Assembly (NCBI GenBank): GCA_041484665.1
Contig: JBGPIA010000017.1
Coordinates: forward strand, 32,001 to 96,000
Origin: Candidatus Krumholzibacteriia bacterium
Lineage (GTDB): Bacteria > Krumholzibacteriota > Krumholzibacteriia > JAJRXK01
Length of the DNA stretch: 64,000 nucleotides
Direction: 5' to 3'
Under the pieces are notes generated by a model. The model ran no database searches and was not told where the DNA came from. It saw only the letters and a list, made by a program, of their open reading frames with translations. The position numbers were made by a program, and so were the translations under genes. Position 1 is the stretch's first letter, and each line of letters starts with the position of its first letter. This document shows, one piece after another, positions 1-10,700 of the stretch.

Positions 1-69
1 CTCCCGCGGCGGGGACGCCGCGATCGCCCACGCCGCGAGGGTGGCGAGGAACAGCGCACGGAAAGGCAT
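1..69 (-). CDS. 5' end of a probable secreted protein running off the window start
   Basis: ATG at 69 on the minus strand reads MPFRALFLATLAAWAIAASPPRE, which is signal-peptide-like; only 23 codons are visible. Confidence 0.4.
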   Translation of the reverse strand, partial: MPFRALFLATLAAWAIAASPPRE

Positions 70-283
70 TGCGGCAACCCGTCGCACGGTTCGCTCCGGT
101 CCGAGGTCACCAGGGCGTGGACCGCATTTCAGCCCCCCAGCGTCCGGGGGCCGCGCGTCCCACCCGCGGATCGGCGGATACGGATTCTATCCGCCCGCCC
201 TCCACGATACACCTCACCGGTCGCGGCGTCCCGAGGCCTGCGAGCGCCCCCAGGCCGGCGTTCTCGTGGGGCACGAACCTGGT

Positions 284-1045
284 TCAGCCGATTCCTTGGA
301 GGATTGCCAGGGTGGCGCCCGTCGGATCGAGCAGAACTGCGGCCCGACCGACCTCCGGGATGTCCATCGGCGGCGCGGCGATCGTGCCTCCGAGCTGTTG
401 CGCGCGCGCGGCCGTCCCCAGCGCGTCGTCAACGGCCACATAGGACAGCCACAGCGGTGGGTGGGGCGCGTCGGCAGGCATCTTCATGATTCCGGCGATC
501 GCACCGTCGCCGCGCAGCAAAAGCGTGTACTTGCCTGCCGGCCCCCTGTCCCGCTCCTTGCTTCCCCAGCCGAAGAGCGAGGTGTAGAAGCTCTTCGCCC
601 CGTGGACATCGTTGGTGAGAAGCTCGTCCCAGCAGAACACGCCCGCGCGCACCGGCGTCGCGGGCTCGGCAGGGGCGGCGCCTTTGGGAGTGAAGGGTGA
701 GAAGAGCGCCTTTTGCGGGTCGTTCACCAGGGCGAAGCGTCCCGGCGGGATGTCAGTGGCGCCGAAGCATACGTCGCCTCCCAGCTCGTGGATCCGCTTG
801 CAGCAGTCCTCGACACTCTCGACGTACACGTACGGCACCCAGTGCGACGGGTACCCGTGGCTCTTGTCGAACGGCATGATCGCGCCCAGGACCTGCGCCC
901 CCACGGAAAGGCGCACGACGGTGAATCCCATTACCTTCAGTTGGCTCGTGTGCCATCCGAACAGCTCGCCGTAGAACCGGGTCCCGGCGGCGATGTCGGT
1001 ACACATCAGGTCGTGACGGATGAAGCGGCCAGGTGAGGTGCCCAT
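284..1045 (-). CDS. VOC (glyoxalase/bleomycin resistance) family protein, two tandem domains
   Basis: Duplicated motifs HDLMCTD..FYGELFGW / WDELLTND..FYTSLFGW and WVPYVYVESV / WLSYVAVDDA; GGAG RBS upstream. Confidence 0.9.
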   Translation of the reverse strand: MGTSPGRFIRHDLMCTDIAAGTRFYGELFGWHTSQLKVMGFTVVRLSVGAQVLGAIMPFDKSHGYPSHWVPYVYVESVEDCCKRIHELGGDVCFGATDIPPGRFALVNDPQKALFSPFTPKGAAPAEPATPVRAGVFCWDELLTNDVHGAKSFYTSLFGWGSKERDRGPAGKYTLLLRGDGAIAGIMKMPADAPHPPLWLSYVAVDDALGTAARAQQLGGTIAAPPMDIPEVGRAAVLLDPTGATLAILQGIG

Positions 1046-1295
1046 CGCTTCTCCTCGTAGCGGGGAATGTAGAGGCTACCATGGGAGCTTCCGCCGTCGC
1101 CACTGTCAGGCGCGAGCCCTTCACGATCGAGGAATCCCGCGCCCCTGGCTCGCCGTCCATCCCACCACAGCGCAGCAGACACGCACAGCCCCGACGCGGG
1201 CAGACGGCCGGCTGGTGGGCTATCATCCGGTCAGTCCTGGGCAGCCCGTGGCCCAGGCCACCCGCTCACCCACTCGCCCTCCCCGAGGTGTCGAC

Positions 1296-2270
1296 ATGCC
1301 CAAGGCGATGCGCATCCACAAGACAGGCGGCCCCGAGGCGCTGACCTGGGAAGAAGTCGAGCTGAAGGCGCCCGGGCCCGGCGAGGCGCTGCTGCGCCAC
1401 ACTGCCGTGGGCCTCAATTTCGTCGACGCCTATCACCGCAGCGGACTCTATCCAAATCCACTCCCGTTCATCGTCGGCGGCGAAGGTGCTGGCATCGTCG
1501 AGGCGGTGGGTCCTGGCGTCACGGAGGTGCAGGTCGGGGATCGCGTCGCGTACGGCAGTGCGCCGATCGGCTCGTATGCCGAGCAACGCCTCATCCCGGC
1601 GGGGCGCCTCGTCAAGCTGCCGGGCAGCATCTCCGATGAGCTGGCGGCCGCGATCATGCTCAAAGGCATGACCACCTGGTATCTGATCCGGCGGACCTAT
1701 CCGGTCAAGGCGGGCGACACCATCCTCATGCACGCGGCGGCGGGCGGCGTGGGCCTGCTGCTGTGCCAGTGGGCCAAGGCACTGGGCGCTACCGTCATCG
1801 GCACCGTGGGCAGCCGCGAGAAGGCGAACCTCGCCCGGGAGCACGGCTGCGACCACGTGATCCTCTACCGTGAGCAAGATGTCCCCACCGAGGTGAAGAT
1901 GCTCACCAAGGGCGCCGGCCTGCCGGTGGTCTATGACGGTGTCGGCAAGGACACCTTCATGGGTTCGCTCGACTGCCTCGCTCCGCGCGGCCTGATGGTG
2001 AGCTTCGGCAACGCATCCGGCGTGGTGCCTCCGTTCAGCATCGGAATCCTGTCGCAGAAGGGGTCGCTGTACCTGACGCGGCCCACGTTGCATAGCTACG
2101 TGGCGCGTCGAGAGGACCTGCTGGCGGCGGCGAGCGAGCTGTTCGAGGTCGTGGCCAGCGGCGCCGTCAAGGTCGAGGTCAACCAGTCCTACGCGCTGAA
2201 GGACGCGGCACAAGCGCACCGCGACCTCGAAGCCCGCAGGACCACCGGTTCGACGGTGCTGATCCCGTGA
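1296..2270 (+). CDS. qor: NADPH:quinone oxidoreductase (zeta-crystallin/MDR family)
   Basis: MPKAMRIHKTGGPE start, HAAAGGVG nucleotide-binding motif, YDGVGKDT, C-terminal TTGSTVLIP; GAGGTG RBS before ATG 1296. Confidence 0.92.
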   Translation: MPKAMRIHKTGGPEALTWEEVELKAPGPGEALLRHTAVGLNFVDAYHRSGLYPNPLPFIVGGEGAGIVEAVGPGVTEVQVGDRVAYGSAPIGSYAEQRLIPAGRLVKLPGSISDELAAAIMLKGMTTWYLIRRTYPVKAGDTILMHAAAGGVGLLLCQWAKALGATVIGTVGSREKANLAREHGCDHVILYREQDVPTEVKMLTKGAGLPVVYDGVGKDTFMGSLDCLAPRGLMVSFGNASGVVPPFSIGILSQKGSLYLTRPTLHSYVARREDLLAAASELFEVVASGAVKVEVNQSYALKDAAQAHRDLEARRTTGSTVLIP

Positions 2271-2610
2271 GGCCCGCGGCCTCCCGCAGGCTGCCTTCCA
2301 GCATCCCTTCCCGCGATGCACGGCTCTGGCGGAGCGCCGCAGGGTTCGCTGGCGCCGCTCTCCGCCACGCCGGATGCCACGATTCGGGATTCCGCCCGCG
2401 AATCGTTGCCTCCTGCCGCACGATCGTGTACAGTCCCCAGCGCTAGCCTGGTTCGCATGGGTCCGGTTCCAGCACCTGCATCCTGCCTGACATCCGACCA
2501 CCGGCTGCGCTGCGGACCCAATCCGGCCGGGCCGATCCCGCGCAGTGGAGTCACGCTCCATCAGCTCTGCCGCGCTCAACTTCGGACATCGCTACGTTGG
2601 AGGTTCCACG

Positions 2611-2991
2611 ATGAGGATCACGCGTCATCGCCTATCCAAGGTGTATGTCCTGCTCACGATCGCCGCGTTGCTCGTGCCGAGCGTATCGATGGGCACGGTG
2701 CTCTTCGGGCACGCGTACGCCATGTACTACAACCGGGTGCCGGCGACGCCCAACTTCGACACGGGCATCATCTACATGTGGAACGGGATGGTCTACGTCG
2801 GCTCGGCCACCATCCCGGGAATGGCCGCCGGCGGGCCCATCAATCTCGAGATCTGGGAGACGATACGCGAGGGCATGAACAACAGGAGGTTCACGATCCT
2901 GTTCACCAACGCCAACCCCATCAACGCGTGCCCCTTCTGCAACGATGGTTCGACGGGAGTCCTCGACGCCTTCGTGGTCACGATCTTCTAA
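2611..2991 (+). CDS. small secreted hypothetical protein with CPFC motif
   Basis: GGAGG RBS before ATG 2611; signal-peptide-like N-terminus; GC3-biased codons. Confidence 0.75.
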   Translation: MRITRHRLSKVYVLLTIAALLVPSVSMGTVLFGHAYAMYYNRVPATPNFDTGIIYMWNGMVYVGSATIPGMAAGGPINLEIWETIREGMNNRRFTILFTNANPINACPFCNDGSTGVLDAFVVTIF

Positions 2992-3001
2992 GGCGTCCGA
3001 A

Positions 3002-3811
3002 ATGCGCTGGCTCCACTCCTTTCTCGCCGGTGCGCGTGCGGGCGCGCCCGACCGGGGCCTGGCTCCGCAGGGCGTGGCCCTGCTGAGCGCGGCCGCATTG
3101 GCCATGGCACCGTCGGCCACCGCGCTCGTGTGCGGCTGCGGCTCACGCGAGCCGCAGGGCGCCGTGCAAAACGGCGCTCGCACTGCCACGCAAGCGACGT
3201 CACCGCACCCCTCCCAGGTGATGCCCGCCTTCTTCCCCGCCGACGCGCTGCGCCTGGACGGTCCGGGCGACGTCGTGCTCGTCGAGGGAAAGCACGGCAT
3301 CCGGCTGACCGTGGGCGAGTACAACGCGCGCACCGAGGACGAGCGCATCATGAGCGGCCTGGACACGCTCGCGGCTCGCCAGTCGCTCCTGGACCGGCTG
3401 ATCGACTTCAAGGTCGCCGCTGTCGAGGCGCGCCTGCGCGGGTACACCGCGACGGCGGCCGCCAACACGTTCGAGGAGGAGCGCGAGCTGGCGCAGCAAA
3501 TCCTGCAGCGGTCCATCCAGGACGCCACCAGCATCGGTGACGAGGAGGCGCGCGCGTTCGCGCAGTCCCACGCCGACCGCCTTCCGCAGGCCACGCCGGA
3601 GCAGCTCTCAGACCCAGGGTTCCTGATGCACGTGAAGTACATCATGCAGGACCAGCGTCTGCGCGAGCGGCTTACGACCTGGCAAGCGCGTGAGGAGGTC
3701 ACGGTCCGTCGCGACCGTTTCGAGGCGCTGGGGCGCGGCGCCCCGCCTTCCGCGCACGCGGCTGCGGCGGCCGACCCGAAACCCGAATCCACGAAGGAGC
3801 CTCGACCATGA
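3002..3811 (+). CDS. exported protein/putative lipoprotein with SurA/PrsA N-terminal-like helical segment
   Basis: Hydrophobic N-region with LVCGCG; LDRLIDFKVAAVEARLRGY resembles the SurA-N motif; ATGA overlap with the next gene. Confidence 0.6.
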   Translation: MRWLHSFLAGARAGAPDRGLAPQGVALLSAAALAMAPSATALVCGCGSREPQGAVQNGARTATQATSPHPSQVMPAFFPADALRLDGPGDVVLVEGKHGIRLTVGEYNARTEDERIMSGLDTLAARQSLLDRLIDFKVAAVEARLRGYTATAAANTFEEERELAQQILQRSIQDATSIGDEEARAFAQSHADRLPQATPEQLSDPGFLMHVKYIMQDQRLRERLTTWQAREEVTVRRDRFEALGRGAPPSAHAAAAADPKPESTKEPRP

Positions 3812-4581
3812 GAGCCACACGAAGCCGCGCCCGGCCACTGCTGCTGCTGTTGGCAGTGCTGGCGGTGGCCGCGAGCGCCCTTGCCCTGGCGACGGGGCCG
3901 GATATCACGCCCCCACCGGGACTGCTCTATCGCCCGCACTTCATCGATCGCGAGGGGAACGTGCTCGTGCCTAGCCTCGAGCCACCCCCGGGCGTCGACA
4001 CACGGACGGTGTTCATCGACCGCGACGGCACGGTGCGCGAAACCCTGCTGGTGCCACCCGCGGGCATCGACCAGCGACCGCTGTTCATCGACCGCGACGG
4101 CCACCTGACCCAGACGGAGCTGGATCCTCCGCCCGGGCTAGTGAGCGCTGGGCCGTTCATCAAGCGGGACGGGACCATTGACCGCACGCTGGCGGACTTG
4201 CTACCGGTGCCGCCGGGACTCGACCAGAGACCGCCCTTCATCGGCCGCGACGGAGAGCTCCTGCAGACCGGCAGCGCTGCGCCGCCGGCAGAGGGCAAGC
4301 TGCTGAAGCTGCAGTTGCAGGGGGTCTATCCGAACCCCTTCAACCCCGCCGTGGAAGTCAGCTTTCGTTTGCGCGCGCCCGCGCGGGTGCAGGTTGCCGT
4401 GCTGGATCCGCGCGGTCGCCTGATCCGCGTGTTGCAGGACGGCGCGCTGACGGCCGACCTGCACGTGCTGCGCTGGGACGGCCGCGATGCCGCAGGCCGA
4501 CCGGTCGCGGCAGGGAGCTACCTGTTCCGGGTGCGCGCCGACGGCGAGGAGGTCGTCGGGCGCGGCGTCCTGGTGAAGTAG
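3808..4581 (+). CDS. secreted repeat protein with C-terminal FlgD-Ig (T9SS-CTD-like) domain
   Basis: Signal peptide; five PP(P/A)G..FI(D/K/G)R(D/E)G repeats; tail YPNPFNP...WDGRDAAGRPVAAGSYL. Confidence 0.85.
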   Translation: MRATRSRARPLLLLLAVLAVAASALALATGPDITPPPGLLYRPHFIDREGNVLVPSLEPPPGVDTRTVFIDRDGTVRETLLVPPAGIDQRPLFIDRDGHLTQTELDPPPGLVSAGPFIKRDGTIDRTLADLLPVPPGLDQRPPFIGRDGELLQTGSAAPPAEGKLLKLQLQGVYPNPFNPAVEVSFRLRAPARVQVAVLDPRGRLIRVLQDGALTADLHVLRWDGRDAAGRPVAAGSYLFRVRADGEEVVGRGVLVK

Positions 4582-4724
4582 ATGGACCCGACGATCTGGA
4601 CGAAGCAGACGAACCCGACGACTCGGGCGAACTAGACGAGCCTGACGGACCAGGCAACGCAGACGAAACACACGAAGCCAACAAATCAGACGAAGCGGAC
4701 AACTTCGTCAGCGGGGACGAAGCG
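4581..4724. repeat. degenerate 9-bp tandem repeat (consensus about GACGAANCN), roughly 14-16 units
   Basis: Units gacgatctg gacgaagca gacgaaccc gacgactcg ggcgaacta gacgagcct gacggacca ggcaacgca gacgaaaca cacgaagcc aacaaatca gacgaagcg. Confidence 0.7.
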
Positions 4725-4762
4725 GGAGCGCGCCATTCCGATGGCCGTGCGATCGCGCAAGA

Positions 4763-4794
4763 GAGAGCGCCCGGGCAAATGCCCGGGCGCTCTC
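4763..4794. terminator. GC-rich hairpin between convergent genes
   Basis: gagagcgcccgggca-aa-tgcccgggcgctctc, perfect 15-bp inverted repeat; no strong U-tract. Confidence 0.6.
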
Positions 4795-4826
4795 CTGTGG
4801 AGTCTTTGACCCGCGCGACTGCGGCC

Positions 4827-6340
4827 CCTCGGTATCCCACGAGGAATGAAGCCACATCGGGCTCCTGTGTGGCCTTCGAGACGGCCCACAAACTGATCCC
4901 CTCGAGCGTCTGTGGGCCAGGTTCCGCGGACCCCCGGTGAAGTTCGGCGCGCGGTCCTTGAAGAATGCCTCGACATCGGCCCAGTGCGCCTCGGCGCAGA
5001 ACGCCCAGCCCTCGAACGGGAGGTAGGCCCCGGAGTCGCGCGGGAACTTCGTTACGATGACGTCGAAGTTCTGCTCGACGAAGGCGTAGACGATCAGTCG
5101 GGACGTCTCGTCTTCGAGGTCGGCAAACAGCAGCGCGATTGCCTCCCGAGCGTCGAACTCGTCGGTCAAGAAGATCGCGAGCGCCTGCTTCTCGATCGTG
5201 GGGTTCCGGAACGAGCCCATCGCCGAGAGCAACTTGCCGCGATCCCGGCGCTCCGTCGCTTTGATTGCCTCGACGAGGTATAGATCGAAGAGCTCCTGCT
5301 CTCCCTGCGCGGCCGCCACGTTGAGCACGGTGCAGGCCATGTCGGCTGACACCGCCGTTCGATCCTTCAGCCACGTTCGAGCAAGCCGATCGGCTGCGGT
5401 CCGCAGCTGCGGGTCTTCTCCATTGTCCGCGACCAAACCCACCACCGTCTGACGCAGCAGCCGCGTGTCGTCGTCCTCCCCCCCGCTTGGCGATGTAGCC
5501 GAGCAAACGGGCCTTCTCTCCAAACATCTCCCGGATGAAGCGCGCGTAATTCGGCCCCAGCGCGGTCAACACGAGATGACCCCGGACGTAGCCGGCGATT
5601 CCGGCCATCGCGTCGACGATCTCGCGATTCGGGTCGTGGGCGAATCTCGGAACCAGAGCCGGCGCCTCGCCCATCGGGACGGCTCCACCCATCGCGAGCG
5701 CGCTGACATCGCGCAGGACACCCACCCTCTCCGGCAGACTGAGCGCCTTCCCGTCGTCTCGCAACGGATGCTGAAGCAGCTCGCCGCGATAGAGCGTCCG
5801 GTAGTAGCCCGCCTCGCCGTCATTCGCGAGAACCCAGTCACAACAGCCCGCCATTCCGTAGAGCTCGATCTCGGCGCTCTGTGCAACAACCAGCCGGCAG
5901 GTCCGATTCTCCTGGCCGCCGATGCTCCAGCGGATGCAAACCGGGATCTTCCAGAGCTGTTCCGCGGCGCCCTGCGAGCCCATCGGAAGGAACCGCTTCT
6001 GCGACACGACGAGACGCGCCGGCTGCTTGTCCGCGCAGCGAAGCTCGGACGAGACGACCGGTGCTCCCGCCTGATCGAGAAACGTCGAGAACGCGCGAGC
6101 GACTCCTGGACCACCTTCGGCTTTGAGCGCGCCGAGGAAATCCTCCGCCGTGGCGCTGCTGTGGGCGTGCGCCGTCAGGTACCGCTTCACACCGGTCTGG
6201 AACTTCTGCTCGCCCATCCACAACTCGAACATCCACCGGACCGTGGCGCCCTTCCCGTAGGTGATCCCGTCGAATGCGTTCTCGATGTCATGATTTGAGA
6301 TGGTCGGCACCGGATCCTGCTGATTCCGGGCGGTAACATC
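4827..6340 (-). pseudogene. M1-family aminopeptidase C-terminal half (ERAP1-like domain), truncated and frameshifted
   Basis: NAFDGITYGKGA motif (catalytic Tyr region), then ERAP1-C-like helices; GAMEN/HEXXH half absent; +1 frameshift in C7 run 5478-5484 and +2 (CA duplication) near 4912; probable ancestral stop now CGA near 4827. Confidence 0.8.
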
Positions 6341-6395
6341 TCTTCATGTGCTCCAGAACGATCTCAAGGTCCGCGCCTGGATCGTGGATCGCCCC

Positions 6396-7502
6396 TCAGA
6401 GATTCGCCAGGAGAGCCTGGAAGCGCGGTTCGTCGCGGATCGCCGCCAGGTCGGGATCGTTGGCGTAGGACCACTTTACGCGATAGCCAGCATCGGCGGC
6501 CTTGATTGCGGCGTCGATGGCCTTGTCGCGTTGCCCGGTCAGCGCATACTCACAGGCCAGATTGTAGAGCGCTTTCGCGCGCTGGGACGCTGTCTTCGCC
6601 GCTTCCTTGTTGGCGGCGATGGCCTCGTCATACCGCTTCAACCCATGCAACGCCCGGCCCAGGTTCAGCCAGGCTTCAGCATCGTCGTGATTCGACGCGA
6701 GGAGCGAACGGTAGACCGCGATCGCGGCCTCGGGATTGTGCTCGCGCAGGGAGATCGCGCCCTGCTGCAGAGCGCGCCCGCGATCGTCAAGCTGCGGATT
6801 CAGCTGGGTGTACTGTGATGACAGGAAGGATTCCGGCGACCACTTGTACTCCATGTACTCGGCGGTGCGGTCGGCGACGTAGCGCCCCAGGAGCCGGGCG
6901 ACCAGATGGAGCGATCCGTCGATTCCCGCCGAGACACCCGCTGTGGTGATGATCTTCCCGTTGTCGATGAAGCGCCGCCCAGGTTGCACCCGTGTGTTGG
7001 GGAACTGCTTGGTCAGAGCTGGGATGGCGTTGTACCAGGTCGTCGCCTCGACGCCATCGAGGAGACCGGCCTTGCCGGCGATGAAGGCGCCCGTGCAGAC
7101 CGTCAGGACGTGCTCGGCGTCGCGTCCGCAGGTCTTGACCCACTCCATCCAGGCCGCGTCATCGATCACGCTTTGTGAATTGCCGCCCGGCAAGACCAGT
7201 ATGTCGGGCTTCGGGCTGTCGTCGATGGAGTAGTCGGGGGTGATGTCAAGGAACCCCTGACTGACCAGGGGAGATCGGCTGCGCGAGACCGTGAAGACGT
7301 TGAAGCCGTCCTGCGTTCCGTTCGAGCCGTAGCCCGACGCGGACTCGAATACCTCCGCGGGCCCGGCGAAGTCGAGAACCTCGACGCCCTCGTACAAGAC
7401 GATCGCGACGTTCTTCGTGTACGGCTTCGATTCCGTCGTGGCGGACGCTCCAAAGGAGGCGAACGTAAAGAGGATCGCAGTGACGACGACCTTCTGGATC
7501 AT
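6396..7502 (-). CDS. exported DJ-1/PfpI family protein with C-terminal TPR repeats
   Basis: Signal peptide MIQKVVVTAILF; EVLDFAGP, VLTVCTGA (nucleophile Cys), TTAGVSAGID; TPR helices AWLNLGRA, ALYNLACEYA. Confidence 0.88.
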   Translation of the reverse strand: MIQKVVVTAILFTFASFGASATTESKPYTKNVAIVLYEGVEVLDFAGPAEVFESASGYGSNGTQDGFNVFTVSRSRSPLVSQGFLDITPDYSIDDSPKPDILVLPGGNSQSVIDDAAWMEWVKTCGRDAEHVLTVCTGAFIAGKAGLLDGVEATTWYNAIPALTKQFPNTRVQPGRRFIDNGKIITTAGVSAGIDGSLHLVARLLGRYVADRTAEYMEYKWSPESFLSSQYTQLNPQLDDRGRALQQGAISLREHNPEAAIAVYRSLLASNHDDAEAWLNLGRALHGLKRYDEAIAANKEAAKTASQRAKALYNLACEYALTGQRDKAIDAAIKAADAGYRVKWSYANDPDLAAIRDEPRFQALLANL

Positions 7503-7765
7503 GATCGTGCCCCTTTCACCGAGGACCATGTCGCGCCGTAGCACCCGTAGCATGCCACTCACCGCTTCCCCCAGGCCGTTACGGGGCAGGTCGATGGCCG
7601 CGCCGTGCGCTGCCCTACGTCGAAGGCCGCCTCTGGGTTGCGAGCCCACCTGCGTCGGCGGCCGCGGACCGCTCGGTCCGCCCGAACCCACGCCCCGCAT
7701 GGGTCACAGGGAGGCTGGACGCGGCCGCCCGGAGACGGTGGCCACGGTGAGCGCCGGGGCCGATC

Positions 7766-10700
7766 TCAGCGCCAGTCGCCCGTCGCGATGAAAGCGGCCC
7801 AGTAGAACGGACGCGACGACGCTCCGCTGCGCCGCCGCGCCTGCAGCACGCGCAGGCTCGCCTCGCGCGCCGCCTCAGGCGTAGATTTCCCCTCCGCGAG
7901 ACGCGCTTCATACGGCGCGTGCATCCACTGGCGCGCAGCTTCATCCTCCACGGACCACAAGCTCATGATGAGCGTACGCGCGCCGGCGACCGCGAAGGCA
8001 CGGCGGAAGCCCAGCACGCCCTCACCCGCGCGCGTTACGCCAACGCCTGTGTCGCACGCCGAGGAGACCGCCCACTCCACCCCGCTGAGATCCAGTGCGG
8101 CCACCTCCTCGACGGTGAGGATCCCGTCCTCGTCATCGGGACCCGCCTCCCCGCGGTGGTTGGCGCCGGCGAACACCAGCTCGGAGAGCAGCAGCGGACT
8201 TTCCAGCCCAAGAGCCGCTCGCGCAGCCATCACCGTCGCCGGTGGCGCTGGGGTAGGCTCTGCCCCGGCCGCTGCCACGGCCATGGCAGGCGCCGACGAC
8301 GACGGCTCCCCGATCAGGCCGCCGATCCCGCGCTCCCCGGCCGCCCGGATCGCGCATCCCTCGCCCAGGAAGAAGCCGTGCGTCGCCACGTACAGGGCGC
8401 GGTGGCCGGCCACCTGCGTCTTGAAGGCCGCCTCGCTCGCCCGCGCTCCGGTCAGCTGCAGGACTGAACCACCGGCGCCATGGGGCGGCTGCGGCGTTGT
8501 GTGGCTGCGCCCCGGTCCGTGCTTCTTCCACAGATGGGTGGCCTCCTCGATCTCGCGTCCCGTCTGGGGAAGGCGCGACCAGCGCACCTGCGCAAACAGA
8601 GCGCAGGGGACGCGCGGTCCCCGGGGCGAGCTCCACGCGGCCAGCAAGGGTGTTTGCGTGGACAGCGCAGACTAGGACGCGGCGGGTGGCGCGGCCGGGG
8701 ACGCAGCGGGCGGCGAAAACGGGGACGCAGCGGGCTTTGCCGCGGCCAAGGCCCAGGCGGCGTCGTAGTCGGGATCGCCCACGGCCAGGAGTCCCTGACC
8801 CAATGGGTCCTGTGACAATGGAGGCACGAGGTCGCGCTCGGCGCTCAGATAGTGCATCAGGGGCCCGCGTTCGATGAGATAGCTCGTGGCGTCGGCGGGC
8901 AGCGCCGCCAAGTTCACCAGGTTGAGCTCGGAATCCGGAACCAGGAACGCGCGCTGCGCCCCGGCGACGAGGTCGGCCAGGGGGCTCCAGATCCGCTGCG
9001 CCAACGCTGCGCCGGCCTGCCGGCAGTCCGCCTCGGCGCTGGTGGCCTCACCTGCCACGGGGGGCTGCCCGCAGCGCTCACGCCATGCGCCCACCAGCGA
9101 GTCGATCGGCGCGGCATCCCCCAGCGGCACGGCGACGGGTTGCCCGTTCGCGCCGCGCAGCACGAACGCAACGTAGGAGGATGCTTCACCCGGCGCGGTG
9201 CCCGCGCGCGCCGTCGATGGCCGGAGTGGGTCGAAGCGCGCGTACGCCACCAGCACGTCAGCGGTCGAGAGCGTCGCGGCGACCTCCTTCAGCCCGATCG
9301 CGTGGCGTGCCGATTCGGCACGATACGCGGCGCTGGCCGAGAGCAGCGCCTGCTCGGCTGCCTCGGCCTCCGCGCGGGCCTCGTCCAGCAGGGCCCGGTA
9401 CTGGTCCGCCGCAGATCCGTCGGGACCGCGCACCGCGAGGTTGGCCAGGCGTTGCTGAGCCCGCGCGTGGGCGGTGGACAGCTGGGCGAGCGCCGGGTCC
9501 GTGCCCGCCCGGGCCGCTCGGTGCCGGGTTGCCATCTCGTCGAGGGCCAGCGCGCGCGATCGGATGAGGGCGTCCCAGCCGCAACCACAGCTCTCCGCGT
9601 CCCCACGCAACGGTCCCGCGGCAAGTGCCAGCGCCGCGCTCAGCCCGGAGGCGCGCATCGCTGCGTACGCGAGCGCCTGTCTCTCGGGGAGCGAACGCGC
9701 GGTCAGGCGCAGACTCTCCCGCCCCACCTCCTCGGCGCGCAATGCCAGCCGCAACGCACCGGCTCCATCACCCAAGTCGCCGTAGGCCGCTGCCAGCTTT
9801 GCGAGGGACGCGGCCACCAGGGGGTAGTCCGGGCCGAATGTCTCCTCGCGGATCGCCAGAGCGCGTTCGATGAGTGGCTTGGCCCGCTCCGGCTCACCAC
9901 GGTCGAGCCACAGGCCACCGAGGCCGTTGAGCACGAGCGCAACGTCCGGGTGCTTGGGCCTTTCGCTCTGCTCGAAGATGGTCAGGGCACGTTCGTAGAG
10001 CTCCTGTGCCTGGGCGAACTCGCCGAGCGCCTACGCCGCGTTGGCCAGGCTGTTGAGGCTGTTGGCGACCGCGACGTGCTTGGGGCCATACGTCTTCTCG
10101 CGGATGGCCAGCGCGCGCGCAAAGAGCGGCCGCGCCGCGCGCAGGTCGCCCATCTCGAAATCGAGGACGGCGAGGTTCATCATTGCCGCCGCCAGGCGCG
10201 GATGGTCGGGCCCCAGGTTCTTCTCCAAGATCGTTAGCGCGCGCTCGTAGAGGCCACGCGCTTGCGCCCGCTCACCCATCTCCGCGAGCACGTTTCCCAG
10301 ATTGCCCAGCGTCAGCGCGATGTTCTTGTGCTCGGGCCCCAGCGTCTTCTCCGAAATGGCCAGCGCGCGCGCGCGAAGCGCTCGCGGGCCTTCGCAAAGT
10401 CCCCCGTGTTGTAGGAGATCGCGCCCAGGTTGCTCAAAAGCCCGGCGACCTGCGGCGACTCTGGCCCTTTCGTGCGCTTGCGGATGGAGAGCGCACGCAA
10501 GTACTGGCGCTCCGAGGCAACGAAGTCCCCCCTCCCCGTGAGCACGGCGACCAGGCTGTTCAGGCTGTAGGCCACCTCGTCATGGTCGGGTCCGTAGAGC
10601 TTCTCCTTGAGCGCGACGAGACGCTCCGCCAGCGCGCGGGCGGCCGCGGCGGCCGCTTCGCCACCCTGCCACAGGGCCTGCACGAGGGCGTCGAGTGCGG

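Noticed and set aside
4581..4724. CRISPR array
   Set aside because: Period is 9 bp with no unique spacers, and there are no cas genes, despite CHAT proteins being present
4358..6310. 650-aa ORF as an intact aminopeptidase
   Set aside because: Its middle third is out of frame (two compensating frameshifts), it lacks the catalytic half, and it reads through a hairpin into the convergent gene
8672..10033. Pyrrolysine or amber recoding of the CHAT gene
   Set aside because: The gene also has a frameshift and degenerate conserved sites; TAG terminates normal genes here (for example 4581, 22067); no pyl genes seen
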